The notes: a model not told the origin generated them from the sequence alone. Shown: positions 31,580-41,956, counted from the first letter of the stretch. The stretch is 64,000 nt of DNA from an uncultured Planctomycetaceae bacterium (GCA_963815195.1 CAWFGE010000013.1:256001-320000), one strand, 5' to 3'. A program made the numbers and translations.

Positions 31580-33322
31580 TCAAATATGAATATCGATTCC
31601 CGTGAGGGGTTGTGTTCGATACCGGCCGTCCGCGAGCTGGGCCGGGTCGTCGGGGGAGGCCGTGTCGGTCAGCGTCTCTGTATTCGATGGATCGTGATAG
31701 GGTTGCCCGCCCAACGGGTCGTCAAACTCTTGCTGCGTGGAGGGAAACTGCTCAAAGCCGGCCTGGGAATGCGATCCAACATCCGCCTGCGAGTCGAGCA
31801 GATTCAGTTCAATCCGGTCGACGTGGGCGTTCGTGCGATGGAGCATGTCGTGAAGCTGCTGCATATGGTCCTGAATCGCCTGGTGGGCGGCCGCGTTGTG
31901 CACGTCGAGCCGGGCGGTGAGCGTGCCGTCCTTCGAAACGATCTGGATATCCAACACGCCGAGCTCCGGCGGATGCAATCGCATGCGGAGCGACTGGCCG
32001 CCCTGGACCGCTTGCAAAACGTTCGTGCCGATGCGATCGACAAGAGCCTCGGGGCTGGAATCGGTTTGTCCCGCCGCGGCGGTCGCGGCATCCGCTGTGG
32101 GGGCCGCGCCGTTCGCGTTCGCGGGCGAATTCTGCGGCGGATCGACGCTCAACGGCTGCGAGTTCCGGCCGTCCGGCGTGTTCTCGATTTGGTGCGGCTG
32201 AGCATCCGGCAGTTTGACTTCCGGAGCCGAGATTTGCGGGGCCGGTGCCTTGTCGCTTTGGGGCGGTTCGCTCGTCGTCGCGGCTTGGAGAGCATCGTCC
32301 GTTTGAACCGTCGCCGCGGCGGGCTGTTGAACTTGAGGAGAGTATTCGCCGATCGCACCCGACGGAGGCTGACCGTGCGAAAGGAGCGGACCGGTCGGCC
32401 CGTCTACGGAATTCTTGTTTTCCTTGGCCGCCACGCCGTCGAAATTGGCTGCCGCTTTCGAGGTCTTATCTTTGGGCGAGGCGTCAATGGCGATGGAAAG
32501 AATCGCGGCGGGGGGGGTTGTCGGTTCGTCCGCACGCGCCTGCCCCGCTGTTGTTTGCGCGGCTTGCGGGGAGGCCTGGTCGTTATGGTCTGTCTTGGAA
32601 TCGGCTGGCCGCTCGGTCGGAATCTGCGACTTTCCATCCGATTGATCGGCATGAGCAACCGGCTGGACGTCCGGCGAAGCACCATCGTTACCCGCTTGCG
32701 ATTGCGAAGGATTGGCCGGCTGAGCTTGATCGTTCACCGCCGAGGTTTGGGAATTCTCTGGACCCTTGGCGGTTGCCGTCGATGATTGAGAAATCTTCGG
32801 AGCGGAATCCGCCGAGGTCGTCTCGTTCGCATCCTTTTGGTCCGCCGGGGGCTTGGCCAAATCGACTTGAGCCGCATCGACTTTGGGCTTCGCGGAGTCA
32901 TCGAAATCGACGTTCTGCGAAACATCGGCCGGTTGGGAATCGACAACCGCAGCATGCAGCGGCGGCGTTCCCTGCGCGACCGGCGGGCTTTGATGCTTCG
33001 GATCCGAAGCGTCTGTTTGAGGTTTGGCCTTTTCGTCCGCTGGTTTCGCGGCAGGCGTTGGCGTCGCGCGAGTTGAATCCGCCGGGGAATTCTGTCGAGT
33101 GTGTGCCGAGGAATGGCCGTGCGGTAGCCCCTTCGGATGGGGGTGTTGTGGAGCATGGGAAGCCGAACGCGCCGGCTGCGATTTCCCGCTCCTCTTCTTG
33201 AGCATCTGCGCAAAAGCAGACGGCTGGTCCGGAAGTTGAGATGGCCCGGCGGCGCGGCCGTGCGAGGGCGATTGGCCGGAGCCCAATCGCCCCGACGAAT
33301 CAACCGGTTTCACCGCCTCCAT
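31580..33322 (-). CDS. fliK: Hook-length control protein FliK
   Basis: Long P/Q/S/A/D-rich region and a C-terminal MRLHPPELG domain. Directly upstream of flgD. Confidence 0.88.
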   Translation of the reverse strand: MEAVKPVDSSGRLGSGQSPSHGRAAGPSQLPDQPSAFAQMLKKRSGKSQPARSASHAPQHPHPKGLPHGHSSAHTRQNSPADSTRATPTPAAKPADEKAKPQTDASDPKHQSPPVAQGTPPLHAAVVDSQPADVSQNVDFDDSAKPKVDAAQVDLAKPPADQKDANETTSADSAPKISQSSTATAKGPENSQTSAVNDQAQPANPSQSQAGNDGASPDVQPVAHADQSDGKSQIPTERPADSKTDHNDQASPQAAQTTAGQARADEPTTPPAAILSIAIDASPKDKTSKAAANFDGVAAKENKNSVDGPTGPLLSHGQPPSGAIGEYSPQVQQPAAATVQTDDALQAATTSEPPQSDKAPAPQISAPEVKLPDAQPHQIENTPDGRNSQPLSVDPPQNSPANANGAAPTADAATAAAGQTDSSPEALVDRIGTNVLQAVQGGQSLRMRLHPPELGVLDIQIVSKDGTLTARLDVHNAAAHQAIQDHMQQLHDMLHRTNAHVDRIELNLLDSQADVGSHSQAGFEQFPSTQQEFDDPLGGQPYHDPSNTETLTDTASPDDPAQLADGRYRTQPLTGIDIHI

Positions 33323-33403
33323 GCGCTATCCCCCCACAATCGCCTTGCAAACTCGGCCCGATGCCGAGGCACAATGCTTATGTATCGTCTTGGACTGGGA
33401 GGA

Positions 33404-34048
33404 TTATTGAACCTGCTTTATTTGGTCGGCGATAAACTGGACAGACGGATCGCCGTGCGCGAGCGATTCGAAGATTTCCACCCCCCGTTTTCGCTGTTCG
33501 TCGTCACCTTGATTGAATTCCTTGAGGATTTTTCCAATCGATTTGACGGGCATGCCTTTGAGGAGCGTCACGTTCTGGTCGGTCGGCAACTGCATCAGTT
33601 CCTGAACGGCTTCACCCGGCGGCAACGCCAAGAGGACGCCTTGGGCCAGTTGGGTGGCCTCGGAAACTTCGCGATCTTTTAGCTGTTTTAACTCCTCGGC
33701 AAACTGGGTTTTGCCGGCTTCGAGCATCTGCTTTTCCCGCAGGAGCGCATCCCGCCGCTCGACAATCATCTGCGCGAGCCGGTCCAACTCGCGTTCGCGG
33801 TCTTCGAGATTGAAGGTGCGAATCACGCGTTCGCGCATCAGTTCTTCGATCGAAAATTCCCGCTTCAAGTTTTCCGCCGGTTCATCGACCGACTTTAACG
33901 ACTTGCCCTCCTCGAGCACCGCTTGGATTTCCCAGAGGCTTTCCGTGGTCAGCACTCCCGTCGCGTAGAAGTAGCCCATCGCGGCCAGTTGCGCGAGCAC
34001 GGCGATCGACGAGGCGACTGCGAACGTCATCAGGATCGTGCGTTTCAT
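33404..34048 (-). CDS. MotE/YlxF-like flagellar protein (TM, coiled coil, MgtE_N-like end)
   Basis: N-terminal TM, coiled coil and LLKGMP..SIGKIL. Lies between fliJ and fliK. Confidence 0.6.
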   Translation of the reverse strand: MKRTILMTFAVASSIAVLAQLAAMGYFYATGVLTTESLWEIQAVLEEGKSLKSVDEPAENLKREFSIEELMRERVIRTFNLEDRERELDRLAQMIVERRDALLREKQMLEAGKTQFAEELKQLKDREVSEATQLAQGVLLALPPGEAVQELMQLPTDQNVTLLKGMPVKSIGKILKEFNQGDDEQRKRGVEIFESLAHGDPSVQFIADQIKQVQ

Positions 34049-34497
34049 GGCATCGGCTTCCTTAACCTAATCGCGGAGAGGACGTCCTCTTGCTCTTTAA
34101 GGATTTGCTTCGTCTGTTCGCGGCGGAACTCGTCCCGCTGTTTCTCTTCCAGCTTTTCGAGGGCTTTGACTTCCTGGTCGGCAAGAACCAGCCGGGCCCG
34201 GCATTGGCCCGCGCTGTTTCGCGCCTGATCGCATTCCGCGAGGTTTTTGTGATAAGCCATCTTTAATTCCGACAAGTGCATCTGGCACCGCGAGATGATA
34301 TCGATGTCGATTTCTCCAAGAGCGGACTCTTCCCGCAAATGCCCCATCAGCTCGTGTTGCTCGCTTAGGACCGCTTGGTTTTTGTTCTCAAGTTCTTTGA
34401 GCTGCTCGATCGCTTTCGCCAGATCACGCCGGCATTCATCGCGTTTTCGTTTCCGAAGCCCGAGCACCGACGCCAAAGAAAACCGAAATGCCGCCAT
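34045..34497 (-). CDS. fliJ: Flagellar export protein FliJ
   Basis: FRFSLASVLGLRKR, coiled coil, EVKALEKLEEKQ...EQ. Follows fliI. Confidence 0.88.
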   Translation of the reverse strand: MAAFRFSLASVLGLRKRKRDECRRDLAKAIEQLKELENKNQAVLSEQHELMGHLREESALGEIDIDIISRCQMHLSELKMAYHKNLAECDQARNSAGQCRARLVLADQEVKALEKLEEKQRDEFRREQTKQILKEQEDVLSAIRLRKPMP

Positions 34498-34563
34498 GAC
34501 GTTCCAACAACAATGAAAGAGGAGCAAACCTGGGAGGATGCGGTTCCGATTTGAGAACGGCTT

Positions 34564-35904
34564 TTATGCGGATGGTGATGCCTCAGTTTGTCTAAAAGCG
34601 TTCGAAGACCCGGCCGTCAGTTGGATGAGTTGCTCGATCGAAACTTCCAGGGATTGTGTTTCGCGGGGAGCCTGCCGAAGGAGGCGGTTGATCGGTTCCC
34701 GAAACGCGATGGCCTTGTCCACAAGGGCGTTCGAGCCCGGCTGGTAAGCCCCGATCAGAATCAAATCTTCGTTTTCCCGATACGCCGCCAGGAGTTCGCG
34801 GAGCCGGTTCGCCGCCTGCTGATGGTCCGGACCGGCGAGTTGGGTGATCAATCGGCTCACGCTCGCCAGCACGTCGATGGCGGGCCAATGGGCTTGATCC
34901 GCGAGCTTTCTCGACAGCACGATATGCCCGTCCAAAATGCCCCGCGCGGCATCGGCCACCGGTTCGTTCAGATCGTCGCCCTCGACCAGAACCGCATAAA
35001 TCCCGGTGATGCTGCCCCGCTCGTTTCGTCCGCTGCGTTCCAGGAGTTGAGGCAGCGCGGAGAAGACGCTCGCCGGATAGCCCCGCGTGACGGGCGGTTC
35101 GCCCCGCGCCAGACCGATCTCCCTTTGAGCCAACGCGAACCGCGTGACGCTGTCCATCATCAATAACACGTCCCGGCCCTGGTCGCGAAAATACTCGGCG
35201 ACCGTCATCGCCGTTAACGCCGCGCGATGCCGATCGAGCGCCGGTTCGTCGCCGGTGGCGACGACGACAACGCTTCTTTGCAATCCCTCATCGCCCAGGT
35301 CGCGTTCGAGAAACTCGCGCACCTCGCGGCCGCGCTCGCCCACGAGGGCGATGACATTCAAGTCGGCGGAAGAAGAACGCGCGATCTGACCCAGCAGCGT
35401 GCTCTTGCCGACTCCGCTTCCCGAAAAAATGCCAACCCGCTGCCCAACGCCCAGCGTCAACAGCGTGTCGATGGCTTTGACGCCCGTGGCCAGCGGCGTG
35501 TCGATCGGCGGGCGGTGCATGGCCGATGGCGGCCGTTCCAAGAGACTTCGGCTTTCGAGCATCGCCGGCGGCGGCTTGTTGTCGAGTGGCTCGCCGCGCG
35601 AGTTGACCACCCGGCCGACGAGCCCGTCTCCCACGAACGCCGCCACCGTCGATTTGTGCAGCCGAACGCGATTGCCGCTGCGAATGCCGGTGAAATCGCC
35701 CAGAGGCAAGAGCAACGTCTTGGAATCCTTGAAGCCGATGACTTCCGCCTCGACGAGCGGGCCGCATTCGCGTTCGATCATCGCCGTGGCCCCGAGCGGC
35801 GCGGGAAATCCGCCGGCGACGATGGATTGCCCCGCCACCTCGGTGACCGATCCGCACAAGGCATAGGGAAAGATTTTCCGCACCTGGTTTTTAAGATTTT
35901 GCAT
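34564..35904 (-). CDS. fliI: Flagellum-specific ATPase FliI
   Basis: GQRVGIFSGSGVGKST, GERGREV, MDSVTRFA.AQREIGL, LVEGDD, DGHIVLSR. Confidence 0.96.
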   Translation of the reverse strand: MQNLKNQVRKIFPYALCGSVTEVAGQSIVAGGFPAPLGATAMIERECGPLVEAEVIGFKDSKTLLLPLGDFTGIRSGNRVRLHKSTVAAFVGDGLVGRVVNSRGEPLDNKPPPAMLESRSLLERPPSAMHRPPIDTPLATGVKAIDTLLTLGVGQRVGIFSGSGVGKSTLLGQIARSSSADLNVIALVGERGREVREFLERDLGDEGLQRSVVVVATGDEPALDRHRAALTAMTVAEYFRDQGRDVLLMMDSVTRFALAQREIGLARGEPPVTRGYPASVFSALPQLLERSGRNERGSITGIYAVLVEGDDLNEPVADAARGILDGHIVLSRKLADQAHWPAIDVLASVSRLITQLAGPDHQQAANRLRELLAAYRENEDLILIGAYQPGSNALVDKAIAFREPINRLLRQAPRETQSLEVSIEQLIQLTAGSSNAFRQTEASPSA

Positions 35905-36622
35905 GGCTGTCTCGTTGACTCTCCGGCGGAATCAGCTCGGCGAAGATTCGATCGAGCTGCGTATTCACGCGGCCGTCCAATCGGCCGTATTCCGATTCGA
36001 TCACGCAATCGCCCCGGTGCAAACTGTCGTCCGCGCGAAGTTCCATCAGGTCGTTAAAGCCGGGCCAGCTTTCGGAGGCGTTCATGGCTTTTTGGATGGA
36101 GTCCGCATCTTCGGGATGCAGCCGCACGAGGAGCCGATTCCCCGTGGAGGCAAGTTCCATCAACTCGCGGATCATCGCCCGGCCGAGTTCAGGACGATGG
36201 GCCAATTCGCTGCGGAGGATTTTTTCCGAAATGGCGATGCAAAGTTGAATGGCCGTCGCCTCCCAACGGGCCAGCCAATTCATCCGCGCTTGGGTCACGG
36301 ACTCCGCGAGCGCTTGAAGAGACGAGAGGCTCGCTTCCACCCGCTGGTTGACCTCGGCCTGTAGTTGCGCGTCGGCCCGCTTTTGGATTTCCGCGTCCGC
36401 CGCCTTCATGCCCTCGCGATACCCTTCCGCGTGGCCCGCTTTCCGGGCCTCTTCCTGGATGGAGCCGGCCTCGGTGCGGGCCTGGCTAAGGACTCGCCCG
36501 GCTTGCTGCCGAGTGGCTGCGAGCTGCTCGTGGCATCGGCTCTGAAAGTCCTCAAAGTCGAAGACGAGCTTTTGACCAAGCTGCCGAACCGACTCGGCCT
36601 TAATGACGCGCGGGCGTTCCAT
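35891..36622 (-). CDS. fliH: Flagellar assembly protein FliH
   Basis: AxxxG(xxxG) repeat KAGHAEGYREG, VRLHPED, GDCVIES..GRLD. Confidence 0.88.
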   Translation of the reverse strand: MERPRVIKAESVRQLGQKLVFDFEDFQSRCHEQLAATRQQAGRVLSQARTEAGSIQEEARKAGHAEGYREGMKAADAEIQKRADAQLQAEVNQRVEASLSSLQALAESVTQARMNWLARWEATAIQLCIAISEKILRSELAHRPELGRAMIRELMELASTGNRLLVRLHPEDADSIQKAMNASESWPGFNDLMELRADDSLHRGDCVIESEYGRLDGRVNTQLDRIFAELIPPESQRDSHAKS

Positions 36623-36875
36623 GATGTCGGCGTTTCTGAGGTAAATCGATTGATTTCGGTGATCGAGAAGTGATTGTGTTGGATGCAAACACAATCAGCG
36701 AAATTCGCGGCGATCCGGTCGTTACCATTTAACAACGACTAGACTACGTTCGTTCGGATGGAAACATTTATCATGTTGAATCACGACACAAGTCTTTCGT
36801 ATGGACTAATATCCCAACCTCTAGCCTCCATCCTTCATCCTTACATACATTCGCTCGAACGGATCGTTAAGAACA

Positions 36876-37871
36876 CTAGCTAATATACTGATCCCCGTCC
36901 GCGGCGGAGCTGACTTCGATCTCGCCGGCGTCCTCGAGCCGGCGGACGGTATCCACGATTTGCTGTTGATTCGTTTCCACGTCGCTGACTTTCACCGGGC
37001 CGAGGTAATCCATTTCGTCGCGCAACATTTCCGCCGCGCGCTGGGAGAGGTTGCCGAGCACCTTCTCGCGAATTTCCTCGGAGGCTCCCTTCAAAGCGAC
37101 GGCCCACTGCTTGTTGTCCACTTCCTTGAGCAAGGCTTGAATGGCTTTGTTGTCGAGCTTGAGCAGGTCGTCGAACACGAACATCAACCGCCGGATTTCC
37201 TCGACGAGTTCGTTGTCCTCTTCTTCGAGGTTCTCCAAAATGCCTTTGTTCGTCGAGCGGTCGGTCACGTTCAGAATCTGGGCCACCATCGGCACCCCGC
37301 CGGCTTTTTCGAGCTGCTGGCTGAACGTGGACGTCATGCGGCGCTGGAGGCCTTTTTCCACGTCTTTGACGACTTCGGGGCTCGTTTGCTCCATGTTGGC
37401 GATGCGGCGGATAACTTCCGTTTGCTTGTTGAACGGGAGCCCCGCCAGAACCTCCGCGGAGAGATTCGCGGGCAAATGCGACATGACCAGAGCGATCGTT
37501 TGCGGATGCTCTTCGACAATAAAGGTCAGCAGGTTGTCGGCCCCGACCTTTTGCAGAAAGCCAAACGGAACCGCGCTCATCGACTGCTTGACGCTGTCGA
37601 GAATCCGAAGCGCGCGGTCGTTGCCCAGAGACTGCTCCAACAACTCCCTTGCGAAATCCATCCCGCCCCGCTCGATGTGCGACCGCGCATTGACGAGATC
37701 GTAAAAATCCTTGACGACGGTTTCCTGCTCATCCTTGGTCACATCCTTGAGCCGCGCAATCTCGAGCGTGACTTGCTCCACCAGGTCGGCGCGCATCTGC
37801 GACAGCACCGCGGCGGCCAGCGGCTTGTCGAGACTTAATATTAACACCGCGGCTTTTCGAATCTCGCTCAT
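36876..37871 (-). CDS. fliG: Motor switch protein FliG
   Basis: RKAAVLILSL, EHPQTIAL, MFVFDDL, ALKGAS, NLSQRAA, LGPVKVSDVE. Confidence 0.96.
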   Translation of the reverse strand: MSEIRKAAVLILSLDKPLAAAVLSQMRADLVEQVTLEIARLKDVTKDEQETVVKDFYDLVNARSHIERGGMDFARELLEQSLGNDRALRILDSVKQSMSAVPFGFLQKVGADNLLTFIVEEHPQTIALVMSHLPANLSAEVLAGLPFNKQTEVIRRIANMEQTSPEVVKDVEKGLQRRMTSTFSQQLEKAGGVPMVAQILNVTDRSTNKGILENLEEEDNELVEEIRRLMFVFDDLLKLDNKAIQALLKEVDNKQWAVALKGASEEIREKVLGNLSQRAAEMLRDEMDYLGPVKVSDVETNQQQIVDTVRRLEDAGEIEVSSAADGDQYIS

Positions 37872-37914
37872 GGGATTTCGGTCGAATTCGGTTTGAAAAA
37901 CTAGGAAGCATCGA

Positions 37915-39528
37915 TCAGGCTTGCACCTGGTCCAGCCATTCTTCGAGGATCCCCGCTGTCAAGTCGGGATTGTCGCGAACCACCGATTGCAGTTTGTCCC
38001 GCACCGATGTCTCCTTGCGGACCGCGGGTTGGTCCGGTTCTTTCGGAGGTTCCGGCTTCGCTTCGCGGGCCTCTTCGTCGGGGTTCGGCTCCGCGGGATA
38101 GTTCGGGAGGGCTTTATAAATCATCCAAAACCCAAAACAAGCCAACGCCAACAGCCCGAGCTTTCCGCTCCACTGGCCAGCGAGCTCCAGAGCTTGTTGC
38201 CAGTAAGACGCTTGCGGCGGCTCCTCGTCCCCGCGGATGGAATGGTAAGTGCTCACATCGACGGAAGCCGGGTCCGATCCTTTCGGGATCAACACCGCGG
38301 CCGTCGCTTTGATCTTTTCGATCTCTTTCTGCTCAATGTCCTTCACGGCCCGCTGATAGGTGTCGGCGGTCCCATTCGCCGCGGGTTCCACTCCGGTCTG
38401 TTTGGCGACCGCCTCGTAATAGGACCGGGGCACCTTGATGGAGACTTGGACGGCTTTGGGCATGGCGGCGAAGAACGCCTGCTCGGTCACGGTGAACGAA
38501 GGCGTGCTCGTGCTGGCGGCGTCTTCCTCGGTGATTTGCCGGGTCTCCGTGGGGCCCGTCGAGGTATCGAGGCTTCGCGGCTGGTTGTTGCGGACGCCCG
38601 GCTCGGAACGCGGGTATTTGTTTTCCACTTCCTCGGTGCGCGACTGAGTCGTTTCGTAAAGTTTCATCGTGCCTTTGGTGTCGATCTTTTGGATCCGCTC
38701 GACGCGGGATTTCAACGCGTCCACATCGACATTGACCGTGACCAAGACGTCGGGAATATAGGAAAGCGCCTTCGCGATTTTGCTTTCATACTCGCGCGTG
38801 AACTCGCGAATCCGCTTCATCAAACCGTGATCGATCGCGCCGTCCAGGTCGTCCGACGTGTGCGAGACGCCGGTGGACATATCGAACACCGTCACGTTGG
38901 CCGGCGTGAGATCGGGGACCATCGAGGCGACGGCGGTGCGAAATGAACGCGTTTGGACGGGCGAGATTTCGTGGCCGCGCTTGGGGCGGACGTTGACCGT
39001 CGCTGTCACGGCGGCCCCCTGGTGAGGCCAGCGGTTCGCTTTGGAGCGGGCCCAGGCGACGCTGGCGTATTCGATCGAAGGAATCGCCTCGAACGTCTGT
39101 TGCAGGAACTTCGCGAGGGCAATGTCCTTTCGCTGCTGCGTCGTGCGGTTGCTTTCGAACACACCCATCCCGCCTTCGAGTTGTTTTTCGAGCGCATCGC
39201 CGAACCCGGAAGGCAGCGCGCTTCCGTTGATGAGTGCCCCGTGATAACGAGCCACTTCTTTTGCGGGCACGAGCAGCATCTGGCCGTCCCGCCGGAAATC
39301 ATCGAGGCCGGCGTCTTTGAAGGTTTGCTCGGCGTTGATGATTTCTTCCGTGGTGAAAGGTTTTCCGAATGACAGCGGCGTATAGCCCGACGAGGAATCC
39401 CGCATGGTCAACAGCAGAAACCCGCCAATGAAGATCGCCGGTACGATCGCCAGCGACAATCGTTGGCTAGGCGAAAGCGATGAGACGATTCGCGAGATTT
39501 GTTGAAATGTCTGCCCCAACGCTTGCAT
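37915..39528 (-). CDS. fliF: MS-ring protein FliF
   Basis: Two TM segments, VASMVPDLTPANVTVFD, SEPGVRNN and a C-terminal NPDLTAGILEEWL. Lies between fliE and fliG. Confidence 0.85.
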   Translation of the reverse strand: MQALGQTFQQISRIVSSLSPSQRLSLAIVPAIFIGGFLLLTMRDSSSGYTPLSFGKPFTTEEIINAEQTFKDAGLDDFRRDGQMLLVPAKEVARYHGALINGSALPSGFGDALEKQLEGGMGVFESNRTTQQRKDIALAKFLQQTFEAIPSIEYASVAWARSKANRWPHQGAAVTATVNVRPKRGHEISPVQTRSFRTAVASMVPDLTPANVTVFDMSTGVSHTSDDLDGAIDHGLMKRIREFTREYESKIAKALSYIPDVLVTVNVDVDALKSRVERIQKIDTKGTMKLYETTQSRTEEVENKYPRSEPGVRNNQPRSLDTSTGPTETRQITEEDAASTSTPSFTVTEQAFFAAMPKAVQVSIKVPRSYYEAVAKQTGVEPAANGTADTYQRAVKDIEQKEIEKIKATAAVLIPKGSDPASVDVSTYHSIRGDEEPPQASYWQQALELAGQWSGKLGLLALACFGFWMIYKALPNYPAEPNPDEEAREAKPEPPKEPDQPAVRKETSVRDKLQSVVRDNPDLTAGILEEWLDQVQA

Positions 39529-39635
39529 GGTCTAACTGTCCTTACGGTTTAATCTTTAGGTCAAGTCTCGAACCAATTGGTGCCGTCTGAGCGATTCCGA
39601 GCGAGATGAGAGGTTGGAGGTTGGAGGATGGAGTA

Positions 39636-39778
39636 TAGAAACGAGTGTATTTTCAATGCTAAGAATTCGGAGCTGCCGGAACGCGCCAGCGTCCTGTTGG
39701 CTCGGCAAAAACCGGGGCTAGCGCCCTGCGGCCAATTTTCAGCCTGAAATTCATGCTCTGACGGAGCACTCGTTTCTA
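39636..39778. mobile_element. MITE-like element, copy 1, carrying a family A REP doublet
   Basis: Perfect 12-bp terminal inverted repeat TAGAAACGAGTG / CACTCGTTTCTA. The body TTTCAATGCTAAGAATTCGG...GAAATTCATGCTCTGACGGAGCAC is shared with copy 2 and partly with copy 3. Confidence 0.6.
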
Positions 39779-39795
39779 ACATCCTTCAGAATTCA

Positions 39796-40101
39796 CTAGA
39801 CCTGGATTTGCTTGAGTTCCTTATAGGCTTCCACAACTTTATTGCGGATTTGCAACATGGTTTTCAGCGACAGCTCCGCTTGTTTGATGGCCGTGAACAT
39901 TTCGATGTTCGTCACGGGGCGTCCGAGCAAGTTTTCCTCCATCAAGTAGTTCGCCTGCGACTGCTGGCCGGCGACGTTATTGACGGCTTGCATTAACATT
40001 TGACCAAAGAGACTTGTCTGCGCGGGCGGATTCGCCGCCGGATTCGGCAGCCGGAGCGCACTTTGCGGGGAAATTAAAGGGATCGGCGGCATATTCATCA
40101 T
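39796..40101 (-). CDS. fliE: Hook-basal body protein FliE
   Basis: AELSLKTMLQIRNKVVEAYKELKQIQV. Confidence 0.92.
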   Translation of the reverse strand: MMNMPPIPLISPQSALRLPNPAANPPAQTSLFGQMLMQAVNNVAGQQSQANYLMEENLLGRPVTNIEMFTAIKQAELSLKTMLQIRNKVVEAYKELKQIQV

Positions 40102-40215
40102 TGAATCGTTCTCCCATGCACTTGCTTTCTAACCATCCATCCAGTCACATCATCCATTAGCCGCAGGGCGCTAGCCCCGGTTCTACCGATGCCACTGTTT
40201 TGCACTAACAAGTAT

Positions 40216-40348
40216 CTTGTGCAGTTTCAATGTTAAGAATTCGGGTCCGATGGAACGCGCTAGCGTCCGGTTCGCTCGGCGAAAGCCGGGGTGAGCGCCC
40301 CGCGGCTAATTCTTTTAACCCGAAATTCATGCTCTGACCGAGCACTAG
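40216..40348. mobile_element. MITE-like element, copy 2
   Basis: CTTGTGCAGTTTCAATGTTAAGAATTCGG...GAAATTCATGCTCTGACCGAGCACTAG. The terminal CTAG contains the flgC stop codon. Confidence 0.6.
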
Positions 40349-40755
40349 CCTAGAATTCGCAGCGTCAGGTTGGCCATTTCTTTGGTCATATCCATTGCGG
40401 CGACGTTGGCTTCATAGGCGCGGCTGGCTTCGAGGGCGTTCACGAACTCTTGCGTCAAATCGATGTTGGGGTAACTCACGAAGCCGTCTTCGCCCGCATC
40501 GGGATGCCCCGGTTGATAGACGCGTCGAGGCGTCGAGGTCTGATCGGTTTCCACTTGAAAATTCACGCCGACGCCACCCTTGGCTTCGGAATGCCGCTGG
40601 CTGGCGGAGAACGTGACGAACCGCCGCTCAAAGGGTTTGACGGTTCCCTGTTCGTCGCGTGTGGTATTCAGGTTGGCGATGTTGCCGGCGATGACGTTCA
40701 TGCGTTGCCGCTGCGCCAAAAGGCCGCTGGCACTAATATCTAAGGAGCGAAGCAT
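40345..40755 (-). CDS. flgC: Basal-body rod protein FlgC
   Basis: ISASGLLAQRQRMNVIAGNIAN, YQPGHPDA..DGFV.YPN, ASRAYEAN. Confidence 0.96.
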   Translation of the reverse strand: MLRSLDISASGLLAQRQRMNVIAGNIANLNTTRDEQGTVKPFERRFVTFSASQRHSEAKGGVGVNFQVETDQTSTPRRVYQPGHPDAGEDGFVSYPNIDLTQEFVNALEASRAYEANVAAMDMTKEMANLTLRILG

Positions 40756-40790
40756 AGGTTATACACCTTCGACTGAGGATTTAGATTCTT

Positions 40791-41249
40791 TCAAACGCGT
40801 TCGGAAATGACGGTTTCGAGCTGGCTCATTTGGTTTGTGAGCATTTGGAGCAGGAACGATTGTTTGAGCATATTTTTCGAGAGTTCCGCGACCTCTTGTT
40901 CGATGCTGCGGTTGTTGGCGTCCTGAAACGTAATGTTTCGCGGCTTGGCAAGGACGGGGTCACTCAGGGCGGCAATTCGCATCGGCGGCTTGTCTTGAAG
41001 ATACGGGTGGGCGGCCAAATCCGGCGAAATCGACGGAGACCGCCGCTCTTGGATCACCGCTTTGAGGGTTTCTTGAAATCCTTGGGTGTCCAAATCGCGA
41101 GTTTTATAGGTCGGGGTATCGATGTTCGCGACGTTTCCCACGAGCACATCGTGCCGCTTCTCGCCGAAGATCGCGGCCTGCCGGAGGGCTTCGGTGATCG
41201 TCTGCCCTAAAAACGGCATGGGCGGATTTGTAGTCGATGGGGTTAACAT
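40791..41249 (-). CDS. flgB: Basal-body rod protein FlgB
   Basis: RHDVLVGNVANIDTPTYKTRDL, DANNRSIEQE. The start codon is uncertain. Confidence 0.92.
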   Translation of the reverse strand: MLTPSTTNPPMPFLGQTITEALRQAAIFGEKRHDVLVGNVANIDTPTYKTRDLDTQGFQETLKAVIQERRSPSISPDLAAHPYLQDKPPMRIAALSDPVLAKPRNITFQDANNRSIEQEVAELSKNMLKQSFLLQMLTNQMSQLETVISERV

Positions 41250-41396
41250 TAATAGGTCTTTCAAGCGTTTCACATCAGTTCGCCGCCGGGAGGGCACCGC
41301 CCGCAGGGTGGTCCGCCCCGGTCGATCTGTTTGTTCCAATTTCGCTGAGCCGGCCACTACCGCGTGCCGGCTGATGAGGGTTGGTTATCCTATCGA

Positions 41397-41510
41397 CTAG
41401 TGCATTTTCAATACTAAGAATTTGGATCAGCCGAAACGCGCTAGCGTTGGCTTCGCTCGGCGAAAACCGGGGCGGTGCCCCCCTGCGGGCGGTGCCCGAC
41501 GGAGCGCTAG
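41397..41510. mobile_element. MITE-like element, copy 3, flanked by CTAG on both sides
   Basis: CTAG-TGCATTTTCAATACTAAGAATTTGG...GACGGAGCG-CTAG. The right CTAG contains the stop codon of the FlgN-like gene. Confidence 0.6.
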
Positions 41511-41956
41511 CTCGAGATGTCGATGCGTGATTTAAGATTTCCTTGAGGAGGGGATTCGTAATAGGTTGAGATGTTTTTTTGTTGTGATAGGATTCGCAGT
41601 TGTTCACCGGTGTTGTGCTGGCGTTCTTGCATGAGGCGGATGGATATTTGTTCGGTTTCGGACATGGCCAGTATCGAGCGGTCCACTTGTTCGAGCGTCT
41701 GGAGAACCTGGTCGGCGATTGTCTGGGAGGGGTCTTGTTTGATTTGACGGCAGGCTTCGCGAAGATCGGACACAGTCGCCAACTGGTCGATGAGATGCTG
41801 CTTCTGGCGGAGAATCGCCTGGACCGTAACATCGTCGGCTTGCTCGATCGCCTCGAGTTGCGATCCCGCGAGCTGGACGAGTTGCCGGGCGAGGCGCTCA
41901 CATTGTTGCGTTTGGAGGAAAAGTTGTTCGGCGTCGACGGGGGCGCTGCTTGGCAT
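41507..41956 (-). CDS. FlgN/FliT-like helical flagellar protein
   Basis: QLEAIEQADD..VQAILRQKQHLIDQL helical pattern. Lies between the TPR gene and flgB. Confidence 0.5.
   Translation of the reverse strand: MPSSAPVDAEQLFLQTQQCERLARQLVQLAGSQLEAIEQADDVTVQAILRQKQHLIDQLATVSDLREACRQIKQDPSQTIADQVLQTLEQVDRSILAMSETEQISIRLMQERQHNTGEQLRILSQQKNISTYYESPPQGNLKSRIDISS

Noticed and set aside
33340..33370. Sigma54 promoter upstream of fliK
   Set aside because: The GG and GC are 9 rather than 10 nt apart.
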